A stretch of DNA of 64,000 nucleotides, taken from positions 95,873-159,872 of the IMG/VR virus record IMGVR_UViG_3300048592_000962. One strand, given 5' to 3'. Under the pieces are notes generated by a model that was not told the DNA's origin, did not search any database, and saw only the letters and a list, made by a program, of their open reading frames with translations. Below are positions 20,702 through 31,392 of the stretch, piece by piece. The translations under genes and the position numbers were made by a program. Positions within the stretch are counted from its first letter, which is position 1; the number at the start of each line of letters is the position of its first letter. This DNA comes from a virus.

Positions 20702-22172
20702 ATGGGCTCCGTGTCGTGGAGAACCGACATGCGAACACGCACCGAGCTTCTGGTCGTCAGAAGCTCTGACCACTCTTCGTCGGTCGGAGAGAAGATACGC
20801 GTGATGCGCGTCTCCTGATCTCTCACCCAGACAGTCAGCTGACCGTCCGACGACCCGCCGACCAGAAACTGCACTGGATGCGCACCCACTTCCGGAGGTG
20901 GATTGAAAGACAGTGTTCGCTTCCCGCTCTTCTGCGGAAGAGCATCCGAGTCTGGCGCACCATACTTCGGAAAGCCGCCGACATGCTGTGAATAGAACCA
21001 CCACGCCAAGGACTGCACAGGCATCCACGCCAGAAACGTGTCAGCGCCAGATGTTATGAACCGCATCACCCACCATGTCGACCCGTCGACGACACAGCGG
21101 ACCGTGCAGTCGATTACAGCGAATACTTCCTCGCGCCTATGGTCGTTGGTCATATCAAGTCCAGCATGTCGCGCAGAACCTCTTCGAGCCACGGGGCGAC
21201 GATGTCCGTGGCTTCTTTCTGCGCGTCGTCGAGTGCGACGCTTGAAAGAGGCTTGTGAAAGATCTCCATCGGATGACACGTCATGTGCCACCCGGTGCGC
21301 CCCTGCACCGTGTGCACGGCGATGCGAAGCCCCGGCTTCGGTCCGAAGTGACGATGCGTTGCCGTAACCGACCCGTCGCGGCTGTCGTTCGACGTAACCT
21401 GCCACTCCTCGAAGCTACTACTCACGTGGCTTTCTCCGAATCTCGAAGCCGTAGCGATCGAGCGCGAGTGCGAGATCGTCAAATGACCAAGCCTTGCGCT
21501 GTCGGATGTCGGTCTTCCAGTCGATGATGAGGTCCCAGATCTGCGACTTGTCCAACGCGCTCAGCTCTTCTTCGCTGCGCCGAAAGGACGCCGCGGTTAC
21601 ACCGGAGTCAGAGACGCCTGGGTGAAGCGCTGACTCCGGCGGAACCCGTCCCTCGCCCCTCTCCGCAAGCTGAGCAAAACACCGACGCTCGACGGCACGG
21701 ATGCAGTTCTTGCACGTGTTCTCGGCCGAGCGAGTCTGCCCCAGAACCACCTCGAATCCCACGGGGCCTCGGGCCTGCCCGCAGAGCCCCGCACGACGTA
21801 GAGCTGCGCCAGACGCCGGCTTCGCATCGAAGGCGTGATAGCGCTTGCCGACCAGCGTCCAGACGTGATCAGCGCTCACGACTTCGGCCTCCACGTGCGC
21901 TCGGTGAATCCAATGCGATTTTGAAGAAGCTCTGCCGCCGCCTTCTTGGGCAAGTCAGACCACGGGATTGGCTGAACAACGATGGGCTTCCGAGGGCCAC
22001 AGTAGCCCCCCTCCCATCCACCGCTCTGCGCGTCACGCGTGGCTCGTGCGATGGCCTCTCCGAACGTCAAAAAACAGACGTACCCCTCGGGCCTCTCACC
22101 AAACTCGACCTCGATGTACTCCACAACGAACGCGGTCGCTGAAGACGTGGTATCTACCTGGTCTGCCACCGT

Positions 22173-23006
22173 TCACCTCGCTCGCCATGTTTCGAGATCG
22201 CGACCGAGAAGCACCTCCGCCTCTCGACGACCGAAGCCTCCACGTTCGGCGAGCCGCTCCGGCGTCTGGCTGCGACCGTACTTGGCCGCGTACGCCTCGT
22301 AGACCAGCAGGTGCTCTGCCCACGAAATGACTCCGTGTCTGCGGCGATCCTCTGGTGCACCTTGAGGTCCGTCGCCCTGCACCGGTACGATTGCGTACAA
22401 CTCCATGTCCTTCGTGAGCTTCTTGATGGCGTTCTCGTACTGCGACCTCGCGGGATAGATCTCAAGATTGTCCCCGATCCGATCGATGCATGCGCTCACA
22501 ACCAGGGAAGCGCCCTCAATGTACCGGCGCGACCTAGCGACGATGTGCATGTTCGAGCGACGATCTGCCCACGACTGCGCCAACATTGCCTGAAGGCCTT
22601 CCAGGTTGTCCGTCTGGTCACAGAGCTTCACCAGACAGGCCTCGTGCGAAGCCTTCGACATCTTCTCGGCCTGCAACTTCTTCCTGGCCTCGCGCGGCCA
22701 AGAAGGATCGTCGGTCAACTCCTCCACGATCAGCACCGTGGGCTCGCGAAAACCTTGATCAACCAGATCGCAGAACGTGTAGCCGCAGTCCTCCATGACG
22801 TCGTGGAGGTACGCCGCAGCCACCGTATCAGGCGTTCGGTTGTACTGAAGGCTCTGGAACCCCAAGTTGTGCGCCACCGCGGAGGCGACACGGGCCACGT
22901 GCATGAAGTACGGCTCCTGATTCCCGTCCCTCTTCTGATCCTTGTGAGCCATCGCCGCAAACCACGCGGCGTGCGTGACGTAGTCAATATGACTGATGTG
23001 ACTCAT
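22173..23006 (-). CDS. RelA/SpoT-type HD hydrolase (small alarmone hydrolase/Mesh1-like) with fused C-terminal domain
   Basis: AHKDQKR...PYFMH, LHDVMED, ELTDD, VKLCD..DN. Confidence 0.85.
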   Translation of the reverse strand: MSHISHIDYVTHAAWFAAMAHKDQKRDGNQEPYFMHVARVASAVAHNLGFQSLQYNRTPDTVAAAYLHDVMEDCGYTFCDLVDQGFREPTVLIVEELTDDPSWPREARKKLQAEKMSKASHEACLVKLCDQTDNLEGLQAMLAQSWADRRSNMHIVARSRRYIEGASLVVSACIDRIGDNLEIYPARSQYENAIKKLTKDMELYAIVPVQGDGPQGAPEDRRRHGVISWAEHLLVYEAYAAKYGRSQTPERLAERGGFGRREAEVLLGRDLETWRAR

Positions 23007-23626
23007 CCGGAAGCCTCCGAAGCGGCATCGGCCGCGTCCAACAGTTGTCGGGCTCGCCGACAGGCAGCCCAGGCGTACACCACGCGAGGTGCCGTGACGT
23101 AGAAGCTCGACGCCAGCTCTCCCACGTCCGACAGCCCGGCCTCTTCCAGCTTTTCGAGGAACGGCCGAAGGCTGTATTCGTCCTCTGGCAGGTCAAACTC
23201 GATTGCCTCGCGAAGCGCTGCGGCAACCTCGTGCTCCCCGTCCGCAGATATCGTCTGGGCCTGATCCTCAACAATCTCCGCTGCGACCTCCGGCGAAAAC
23301 GAGCGCGCCAGACGATGGCTCTCATTCATCCCGATCGAAGCCTTTTGAGAGATGTACCCCAAGCTCGGCTGATCCTTGCCGATCCACTGCAACTTCTCGC
23401 GCAGAGACCCCTTGCAGTAAGCGAACACCACCGTATCCATGTCGCCAGTCAGAATCAGGTAGTCGAGAGCGCCGGAGACGATCTCCATCGCGTACTCACT
23501 GGTCCACCCGCCGTCCTTGTGGCGACGACAGATCAGAACCGACGTGTCCGTCCTCGACCGAATCTCATGTTCCGCGAACGTCTTCATCGCATCTTCGATG
23601 AGATCTTCTTCGGTCTTCCTCGCCAT
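23003..23626 (-). CDS. Hypothetical phage protein
   Basis: GGAGG SD; own promoter upstream. Confidence 0.6.
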   Translation of the reverse strand: MARKTEEDLIEDAMKTFAEHEIRSRTDTSVLICRRHKDGGWTSEYAMEIVSGALDYLILTGDMDTVVFAYCKGSLREKLQWIGKDQPSLGYISQKASIGMNESHRLARSFSPEVAAEIVEDQAQTISADGEHEVAAALREAIEFDLPEDEYSLRPFLEKLEEAGLSDVGELASSFYVTAPRVVYAWAACRRARQLLDAADAASEASG

Positions 23627-24286
23627 CCTGCCTCCGAGCCCGACCCTATCACAAGTGTCTGACGCGGCGCAAGGTGCGTCGAACGTTATTTAGTCTCGAC
23701 GTACACCGTGTCGGCTCCGATGCAATATCCCGGCTTGATGAACCCGGCAGCGTGCAGGCTTTCCAGGGTCCGACGTGCCCCAAGAATTCGAGGTGCCTTC
23801 TTGCTGAATGGCAGACGATACCACGGTGGGGCGCTCGGGTTCGTCGCTTCGTACCGACGGATGGCGAGTGATATGTCGCCGATTCCTCCAAGTCGGCGGA
23901 TGAGATCGAGCGCTTCACGCTGCGACTTGGACAGCACGCCGTAGCGCGTACTCGGTGGAGATGATTCTTGCTCCATTGCGCGTGTCCTTCTGTTCCCACA
24001 CACCGCTGTCGACTTCCTCGTGTTCTCCCTTGCCGCCATCGTTTCCGTAGGACGGGAAGGTTGCAACGAACGCGTGCCCGCACGGGCCGAGCTTCGGTGG
24101 CTTGCGGTTCGAACCAAACAAGCGTACCGCGGCATCGCGGTACGCGGTGGTTTGCGGAGCGGGAGTACGGAATGTAACGCGGACGGGAACTGGAATGTCA
24201 GAGACTAAGGACCAGATCCAGACCACCCTCCAAACGCAAAACACGCCCGATGGGCCCCAGTCCACGCTACTCGGCATTGCTATCCG

Positions 24287-24781
24287 TCATGTCTGCACCG
24301 ACTTTTGCCGTCTCCGGACCTCAGCCCGAGCCTCGCATTGCTTGCGATACTCCTCTTCGAGCATCTTGCTTGCTTCGTTCGCGTCGACGAATGCCAGCGC
24401 CTGTACCTCCTCCGGAGGATCCTCGTCGAACGCATCGAACCAAGACATCCCGCAGCAGAACTCCGGGTCGACAGACACTCCGGCGCCATGGCGGTCGAGA
24501 AGCTCTGCCATCAGGTGGGCACATCGTCCGCAATGCTTCCACGATGACCAGCTGCCGTCGTAGAGAACTTTCGTCTTGATGTAGAGTTGCCCAGGCGAGA
24601 TGTCGCGCCGACATCCCGAGCAGACATGGCGTGTCTTGGCGCGAGCGATGTCACGAGACTCGACATCGTTGTAGCCATCGGCTTCTTCACACATCTGGCT
24701 TCCCCGATCCGGTGTTCTTGTCGAAGTGAGCAAGGATGAGCTTCTCAGCCTCGGGGTCGGCTCGGACCATTGCGACGACAC
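24287..24781 (-). CDS. Cys-rich phage protein
   Basis: H.CSGC..I.PG..Y....C.RC; start probably MCEE. Confidence 0.5.
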   Translation of the reverse strand: MSSQWSEPTPRLRSSSLLTSTRTPDRGSQMCEEADGYNDVESRDIARAKTRHVCSGCRRDISPGQLYIKTKVLYDGSWSSWKHCGRCAHLMAELLDRHGAGVSVDPEFCCGMSWFDAFDEDPPEEVQALAFVDANEASKMLEEEYRKQCEARAEVRRRQKSVQT

Positions 24782-24867
24782 GCAACAGCGCCGTGCGATT
24801 TCCGCGCAGCCAGGCCGGAAGAAACTCCTTCAGGAACCAAGTCGAATCCAGCAGCGCCTGCGAGATG

Positions 24868-25413
24868 TCACGCTGCGCCTTGCGCGCCTCCGCTTGCGCC
24901 GTCTGCATTGCTGCTCGGCGATTGAACGGATGATTCGGCTTCGGCTTGTACGTCACTCATGACCTCGCGAAGGATGACTGGAATCTGATCGCGCAGATGC
25001 TCTTCGAGCTGATCTGCGAAGTATTCGTATTCGCTCGAACCCTCGAACCCCTTCTCGCGTAACCGCTCGTGCTGCTCCATCCACTTCGTACGAAGAGCGC
25101 CGACGCTTTCGATGAAGGCGACCAGAACCACCTTCCACTTGTCAGACCACTTGTATGCGGCCTCTTTGGCCGCACGCTGCGCGTCCAGCTGCGCCATTCG
25201 CTTGCGCCTCGCCAGCGCTACGCGACGAAAATAGCCCTCCGCGATCACGAAGAACATCAGCGCCATGAACAAGCCGACGCCGGCCAAGCCCCACTCGTAC
25301 TTCTCGCTCCCGTGTCCGAACACCAGACCCGAGCCGAAGAAAGCGCCGTAGATGATCGGTCGAAGCATGTAGCGCTCGTCGAACTCTTGCTCGTCGATCA
25401 TGACTCCCTCCAC
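24868..25413 (-). CDS. Membrane protein
   Basis: Two hydrophobic segments then coiled coil. Confidence 0.55.
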   Translation of the reverse strand: MEGVMIDEQEFDERYMLRPIIYGAFFGSGLVFGHGSEKYEWGLAGVGLFMALMFFVIAEGYFRRVALARRKRMAQLDAQRAAKEAAYKWSDKWKVVLVAFIESVGALRTKWMEQHERLREKGFEGSSEYEYFADQLEEHLRDQIPVILREVMSDVQAEAESSVQSPSSNADGASGGAQGAA

Positions 25414-26329
25414 AAATCATCTTCCGCTGCTCGCAGCACAGTCCGACACGATGCGATCAACAAACCGGAAACGCCTCGGCGCCACATCGGCGACGTCGAG
25501 TTGTGGTGGTGCACAACCTGAACGAAGGCCGCTAGGCCAACAGCCAACATCGTGACCCCCGTAGCGGCTCCCGACCCGTCGGTGAATGGCCGCTCGGCCC
25601 AAACCCACCACAGCAGAAGCACGAGGGCAGCGTCCGTGAGCAGCGCGAAGACGAAGATCGCGATGCGAGCGAGGAGGGAGACTACATTCAACCTCCGCCT
25701 CGGAGGCGCCTTGCCGTGATGAACCCTTCCGTACGGATCCGCATTCTTCACGCCATCACCCATTCTTTCGGCTTACGTCCGTCGCTCATGGCCTCGACGG
25801 CCTGTCCGTTCATTCATCAAAGCCCTTTGTGACTGCGAAGCTCACGATCACAATCCACACCGTCGTCGCGACCGCCGCAATGAAAGCATCCGGATTGCTC
25901 GTGGTCGCATACACTGCGCCAGTGACGAGCATCGGTGCGGAAACGACGCCGATCAGAAACAGCCGGAACAACACCTGCGTCATCTTCATGACTTCGCCTC
26001 CGTTGCCCTCGCCGCACATACCGTGCACGTCACCGTGCCGCGTGTCGGAGACGAGCGAGAAGAAACCCACTTGCCGCAGAGGGTCCATGCTCCCTCGACC
26101 ATCTCCGCCTTGGTCGGCGGGTGCGCCTGCCGCTGCAAGGCACAAAACCTCACGTCGACTACGAACCCCCACAGCTCTGGTACCTGCGACGCATCGGGCT
26201 GCAACTCCTCGCGAGCCACGCGAAAAGACACTCCGTCGACGCGCCGAACAACGACTGTCGGCTCCCCCACGTCCATGAGCACCAAGCCCCGGCCACCCCC
26301 CCAGGCGACCGGAGCCCCGCGCTCGAAGC

Positions 26330-27040
26330 TCACGGCAGCTCCGACAGCATCTTCGCGAGGCTACGCTTGGCCTTGCGGTAGTCGTCCATCGCCTGCGCGA
26401 GCTTGGCCGCCTGCGTCCCGAGCATCGACTTCACGTGGTTCAGCGCCTTGTCGCGACGCTCGGCCGACAGCTTGATCTGGGCGGCGTGCTGCTGTCGCGC
26501 GGCCTCCAGCTCGGCGTCGAGACGAGCCACGTCCTCGTCGTGCTCGCGATTGGCCTTCTCGATCTCCGCCTGGAACCGCACCTCCATCAAGCGCAGCTCC
26601 TTCATCGTCGACTGCGACTCGCCCAGGGCCCGGTGCAGTTCGTTCAACTGCCCCTTGCGGTTCTGAACCAGGGTGTGCGCCTTCTCCAGGGCGGCCTCGC
26701 CAACCTCGCGCGTCTCCGAACCCACCTCTGCCACGGTCTCGCTCATGCGCTCCTCCTCTTCTTGTTCGAGGCTCTCGCGTTGCCTCACAATGAACATTCT
26801 TGCCTGACCATCGTCATCGAGAACCGTCACATGTCGAACGTGCTTCGCCGCACGAATCGCGGATGACGGATCTGCCAGAAACTCTCGCTTCGTGATCGTC
26901 GACACGCGCGGCTCAGCGAAAGGCGTCCGGCAGAAGCTCTTCCGCGTTGTCGCGTCGACCGAAAGCCGCCGACTTGAGCAGTCTGCTGGTGGTCTCCATC
27001 GCGTCGAAGAGCAAGCCGTCCGGTACGTCGAGAACGACAC
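26330..27040 (-). CDS. Coiled-coil protein preceded in frame by a Phd/YefM-like segment (start uncertain)
   Basis: TITKREF..DPSSAIRAA....V.V; internal GAGGAG before MSETV. Confidence 0.45.
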   Translation of the reverse strand: MSFSTYRTACSSTRWRPPADCSSRRLSVDATTRKSFCRTPFAEPRVSTITKREFLADPSSAIRAAKHVRHVTVLDDDGQARMFIVRQRESLEQEEEERMSETVAEVGSETREVGEAALEKAHTLVQNRKGQLNELHRALGESQSTMKELRLMEVRFQAEIEKANREHDEDVARLDAELEAARQQHAAQIKLSAERRDKALNHVKSMLGTQAAKLAQAMDDYRKAKRSLAKMLSELP

Positions 27041-27376
27041 AGCGTTGAAGCCCGTCGGATGTCTTCCACTTGGTGGTCACCAGCCAACCGCCCTTCACCG
27101 TTCGATGGAACTTCGTTTCGACGGTGCTCGGAACGCCTTGAGTCATTTCGACGGTCTCCAGTGCACGCCCAGGTGCTTCTTGGGAATCGACAGCGGTTTC
27201 CCGAGACCTCGCCCGAAGGTGACGCGCGTGCCTACGTCGTACGCCGTGACGACCTCGACGCGCACGATTCGAGGGCGACGACCAACGCGAGCCTTCCCCG
27301 GCCGAAAGTTTCTGTACGGGTCCGCCTCGATGAACACGTCCCCGATCTTGACCTCCGCCGCATCCATAGTCCGTCG

Positions 27377-27415
27377 AAGGTACCGCTTGTCAGACAAGGC
27401 GTCAAGCGATACCAT
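27377..27415. promoter_or_regulatory. Overlapping divergent promoters sharing a palindromic operator
   Basis: Plus TTGTCA-17-TACCAT; minus TTGACG-17-TACCTT; CTTGTCAGACAAG 27386-27398. Confidence 0.65.
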
Positions 27416-27422
27416 GCGGCGC

Positions 27423-27920
27423 ATGAATCTCTACGAGTTGGTCGATTCGTTCCGTGCGATCGGATCGGTGCTGGATGACCCGGAGTCGGACGAAGCGGAG
27501 ATCGACAGCGCTCTCACCCTGTTCGACGACGTCAAGGGCGAGCTGAACACCAAGGTCGACACCATCTGCCGCATCTTCCGCGGCATCGACGGCGACATCG
27601 AGAAGCTCAAGCGCGAGGAAGAGCGGCTGCGCAAACGGCGCCAGGCCCTGGAGAACCGTCGCGAACGTCTGCGCGAGTGGGTGAGGCTGACGATGGCGGT
27701 GCTCGACGTGCCGAAGATCAAGACGGAGCTGTTCACGGTTTCGCTCGTCAAGGGACGGGACAACCTCGTGGTCATCGACGAAGCTGCGGTGCCGGAGGAG
27801 TACAAGAAGACCACCGTCTCGATCCGCAAGGCCGAGATGAACGCCGACTTCCGCGCCCACGGCGTCATCCCGCCCGGCACCGAGGTCCAACCTGGTGAGC
27901 CCGAACTCAGGATCCGCTGA
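27423..27920 (+). CDS. Siphovirus Gp157-family protein
   Basis: MNLYEL, K.EEERL..RR..LEN, KIKTELFTVS, IDE..VPEEY. Confidence 0.8.
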   Translation: MNLYELVDSFRAIGSVLDDPESDEAEIDSALTLFDDVKGELNTKVDTICRIFRGIDGDIEKLKREEERLRKRRQALENRRERLREWVRLTMAVLDVPKIKTELFTVSLVKGRDNLVVIDEAAVPEEYKKTTVSIRKAEMNADFRAHGVIPPGTEVQPGEPELRIR

Positions 27921-28357
27921 TGCGCAAGCCGCCCCCACCGCTCAAGCGCGTTGGCTACTGGAAGTCGACGAAGGACGCTCCGAATCCGATCGCTTCGACC
28001 GCCACGGAGCTGACGCTCGCGTACCTCAGCAAGCTGAGCCCCAAGGCCGCCGAGGCGCTCGCGTCACTCGCGGTCGGCATCACCGAAGCCGACCTTCTCG
28101 ACCCCCGAGCCCTGGTCGACGCCAACTGGCATCCGCTGGAGAAACAGCTCGTGCTCGCGCACCTGAAGCGCGGGAAGGTCCATCAGGCGTGGATGGGCTT
28201 CTCGAACTGCCGATTCTGCGGATGCGAGAACGGCACGCGCGACATGTCCGACGGGGTCTACGTGTGGCCCGAAGGATTCGCGCACTATCTGCTCGTGCAC
28301 CACGTACGACCTCCACAGGAGTTCGTGGCACACGTGCTTCGGCAGGCGAAGCGTTAG
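27920..28357 (+). CDS. Conserved hypothetical protein
   Basis: GFSNCRFCG...DG.YVWPEG.AHY...H.VRPP. Confidence 0.7.
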   Translation: MRKPPPPLKRVGYWKSTKDAPNPIASTATELTLAYLSKLSPKAAEALASLAVGITEADLLDPRALVDANWHPLEKQLVLAHLKRGKVHQAWMGFSNCRFCGCENGTRDMSDGVYVWPEGFAHYLLVHHVRPPQEFVAHVLRQAKR

Positions 28358-28383
28358 AACCTCTGGACACGCTTCCAGCCGGG

Positions 28384-29940
28384 TCACCTGCTCCACCGAT
28401 CGCCGTCGATCATCCCGAGCGCCAGCGGATCGAACAAGAACAGCGCGCCGCTGGAGTCGCCAGCTCTCACGTTCTCCACCGTCTCGGGGAACTGCGTAGA
28501 CGAGTCGAACTCAGCGTTACTAAGCCTGGTGTTGTCGTTCATCTTCGCGACTCTAAAGTCCGTGCCGAAGAGCAATGTTCCGGTGAAATCCGTGTACTGA
28601 ATGTCGGCGCCAGCGAACGACATGCCTGACAAGTCGAGTCCCGCGAAATTTACGTTGGCCGTCTTGGTGTTGCTTAGATCTATGGACCTAAACTGGTCCG
28701 AGTCAGGCTCAAAGCCGTAGTAGTCAGAAACAAAGTCGAGCCCAGGCTGAAGGTTGAACGCCAGCCACTGCCTCTCCGGAGGCTGACCATGCTTCTTAGC
28801 CATCAAGTCGCGCTTCGTCTCTTGCTCGTGATCTTCGTACTCCGCGATGTAGAACGTCAACTGTATGACAGCGCTTGCGTCGACGATCGGTAGCGATCGA
28901 ATCGTCTGAAGCGTCATCTGCGCAATCGCAAGCGTGACATCGTACACTTCCTCGTGCTCCAGCGGAGGGTCGTTCTGCTTTCCTTTCTGAAGCACGTACG
29001 AGATGAACTCCTCAGATCCGATGTCCGAGTTGCCGTGACCGTAGATCTGAATAACGAGCCCCTCTCTCTGCGTATCCAGTTTCAGCTCGCCCGTCGATCT
29101 CCTCCTGGTCATGGCGCCGCCGACCTCGATCGTCACGTACGGCACGTCGTCGGGGTCGCGAATCGAGTAGATCACTGACTCCTCGTTCGCCACGGCTTCG
29201 CAGTAGGTGCCGACGCAGTGCGACATGGCCTTGCCCTCGTCCTTGAGAGCCTTCGGTGTCGTGAGCCGCTGCGCCGTCCATCCGGACTCGAACCTCAACA
29301 CCACCTCTCCCCGCTCCACAGCTCCCTTCGCTACGAAGTCCGCCGATGCCTGCAACACCTCCTCGGCGGACATCTTCATGATGTCAACACCGTTTTTCTT
29401 CGCCCACTGAGCGATGAGGCTGAGACGTCTTGCAAGCTGATCGTACACGTGCTCGCGACGTTCCTCCGCGCGATCAACCGCGCCAACATCTGCCGAGTCG
29501 AGATTGAAGATCGCATTGGCCTGACGCGACATCTCCCTGGCCACCCAGGGAATAAGCTTGTCTACATCGCTCTTTAGCCGCATCACGCCGCCCGCAAACC
29601 CACGGTCATCGGTCATGATGTGCAACATGAACTTCAGTGCGACAACCAGCTCCTTCGTCGACTGAGCCTCGCGCAGCTGTGCCGCGGACAGATGCCGCTG
29701 CCTTGGTGACAGCAAAGCTGGGAAAAGATGGCCGTCACTCGAAAATGACTTGTTCAGGACCACTTTTGCTGTTGACGCCGGAGTGCGCCACAGAAGAGAG
29801 CCTTGAAGATCTTTGTTCGGATCGTCGATGCCAAGTGCTGGCATGACAATGCCGATCGTATCCCATACGACCCACGGCTGACGTTCCATGTACGTCTTGA
29901 CTACGAAATCCAGCTTCGATAGCGGCGGGTTCTTCAGCAT
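28384..29940 (-). CDS. PcfJ-like domain plus pentapeptide-repeat protein (paralogue 1)
   Basis: LKDEGKAMSHCVGTY...IYSIRD...PYVTIE; C-terminal pentapeptide repeats. Confidence 0.75.
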   Translation of the reverse strand: MLKNPPLSKLDFVVKTYMERQPWVVWDTIGIVMPALGIDDPNKDLQGSLLWRTPASTAKVVLNKSFSSDGHLFPALLSPRQRHLSAAQLREAQSTKELVVALKFMLHIMTDDRGFAGGVMRLKSDVDKLIPWVAREMSRQANAIFNLDSADVGAVDRAEERREHVYDQLARRLSLIAQWAKKNGVDIMKMSAEEVLQASADFVAKGAVERGEVVLRFESGWTAQRLTTPKALKDEGKAMSHCVGTYCEAVANEESVIYSIRDPDDVPYVTIEVGGAMTRRRSTGELKLDTQREGLVIQIYGHGNSDIGSEEFISYVLQKGKQNDPPLEHEEVYDVTLAIAQMTLQTIRSLPIVDASAVIQLTFYIAEYEDHEQETKRDLMAKKHGQPPERQWLAFNLQPGLDFVSDYYGFEPDSDQFRSIDLSNTKTANVNFAGLDLSGMSFAGADIQYTDFTGTLLFGTDFRVAKMNDNTRLSNAEFDSSTQFPETVENVRAGDSSGALFLFDPLALGMIDGDRWSR

Positions 29941-29942
29941 GA

Positions 29943-30455
29943 TCAAAGCTCCAGTGGCTCCACTTCGCTCAGCGGATTCGGGTCAGCCCATTCCGTTTCG
30001 ACCCACTCACCGTCCTCGTCGTCGTGTTCCTCGATGTGCAAGGCAAGCTCGATGTCGACACCATCCGATGGGTCAACCCACTCCTCGCCGTTCCACAAGT
30101 AGATGCCGCTGCTGTCGATGGGCTCTCTCGTGAACCAGGCCTGAGCCAATGCGTCTCGCGTTCCCACCGTGTCTTCTTCGATAGGGAGTTCGTCTGGATA
30201 GAACTGGACGTCTTCTGTATCGATCGCGAGCACGACTGGTACGAGCAAATCTTCCAACGGATTGTCAGAGTTATGCTCGGCCAAGTCGACCATGCGCTGG
30301 TACCAGTAGCCAATGCCCTCTTCTTCCGTGAGGAAGATGCGGCCCTTGGAGTGACCGTCGTACCCGCCTCCGTAGTTGCTTCGCCCGCCCGGCTCCAAAC
30401 CGCGCTTCGCGATCCCAGGGAGGTTGGCGGCGTACGTGACGTGATACAGGATCAC
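29943..30455 (-). CDS. ADP-ribosyltransferase-fold protein
   Basis: LYHVT..NL..I...GL.P...IFLT (HxT-type ART start). Confidence 0.6.
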   Translation of the reverse strand: MILYHVTYAANLPGIAKRGLEPGGRSNYGGGYDGHSKGRIFLTEEEGIGYWYQRMVDLAEHNSDNPLEDLLVPVVLAIDTEDVQFYPDELPIEEDTVGTRDALAQAWFTREPIDSSGIYLWNGEEWVDPSDGVDIELALHIEEHDDEDGEWVETEWADPNPLSEVEPLEL

Positions 30456-30456
30456 T

Positions 30457-31062
30457 TCAGACTCCGTAGTCGAGCCAGACGGCGTTGCCAGACGAGTCGA
30501 GGCCGAAGTTGCCTTCGTACGTGTCCAGGTCCACGTCCGGCTCATCTTCGAGTCGTCGAATGGTCCGCAGGCCGTCGACCAGGTGCTCTGCCCATCGCTG
30601 CTGCTCTTCGTCCAGATCGTCCCAGTCTTCGAGATCGGAGAGCCTTCGCCGACCCTCGTACCCAAACCAAACCTCGACGACCGACACAGCAGCGCGGAGC
30701 CGCTTCTTCTGCCTAGACGGCAGCACGAGGTACTCCTTGCACTTCTCGACCACCATCGCGCACGCCGTGTCGTTATCCTTGAATCTCACGCGAACGAACG
30801 ATCGCACCTCGGGCCAACCCGCGACCTTCCCCTTCTTGTACAGCCTCGACGCGTAGCGACAGTCGATTTCGTTGATCGTAAACTTCACGATGTTGTCGCT
30901 GCCTGTGACGAAGAACGCGACAGACGAGTTGCCGTACGCCAGCATGCGCAGCGGTCTCTTGCCCACGAGTCGTCGAAATTCTTCGTCCTTCGAGATGACT
31001 TCGGAGAGAATCTTGCGCGCGGCTGAAACGTCGTCGGTCGAGAGAGCGGGGTTCGGATTCAT
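30457..31062 (-). CDS. Minimal kinase-like protein
   Basis: LAYGNSSVAF, IVKFT, D...GNFG, WLDYG. Confidence 0.55.
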   Translation of the reverse strand: MNPNPALSTDDVSAARKILSEVISKDEEFRRLVGKRPLRMLAYGNSSVAFFVTGSDNIVKFTINEIDCRYASRLYKKGKVAGWPEVRSFVRVRFKDNDTACAMVVEKCKEYLVLPSRQKKRLRAAVSVVEVWFGYEGRRRLSDLEDWDDLDEEQQRWAEHLVDGLRTIRRLEDEPDVDLDTYEGNFGLDSSGNAVWLDYGV

Positions 31063-31385
31063 ACCCTGACCGTGAAGTTTGAGATAGAGCCGTTGATGGC
31101 AAACGCGCCCGACGATGTCCCGCCTCGGGCTCCGGTTGCACGAAAGGTGTAGGACGACGGAGCGAGGTCGAAGATCGAGAAGCGGCCAGCGACCGATCTC
31201 GCCACGCCCACCAGCGTCGACCCCCGATACACGTTCACCGTTGCATCCGTGGGACGTCCTGCTGAGTCGATGACCCGCCCCTGCGCGACAACACGCGAGC
31301 CGCGCGACAAGTCACGCGGGGCACCCTGCATGAGCAGGGATGCAAATCTTCGAGGTATGTATCGTGCCTTGAACGCGTAGCTCAT
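31059..31385 (-). CDS. Carboxypeptidase-regulatory-like beta-sandwich protein
   Basis: GRVIDSAGRP..A.V....GRFSI.DL.P..Y. Confidence 0.55.
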   Translation of the reverse strand: MSYAFKARYIPRRFASLLMQGAPRDLSRGSRVVAQGRVIDSAGRPTDATVNVYRGSTLVGVARSVAGRFSIFDLAPSSYTFRATGARGGTSSGAFAINGSISNFTVRV

Positions 31386-31392
31386 GTGTTCC

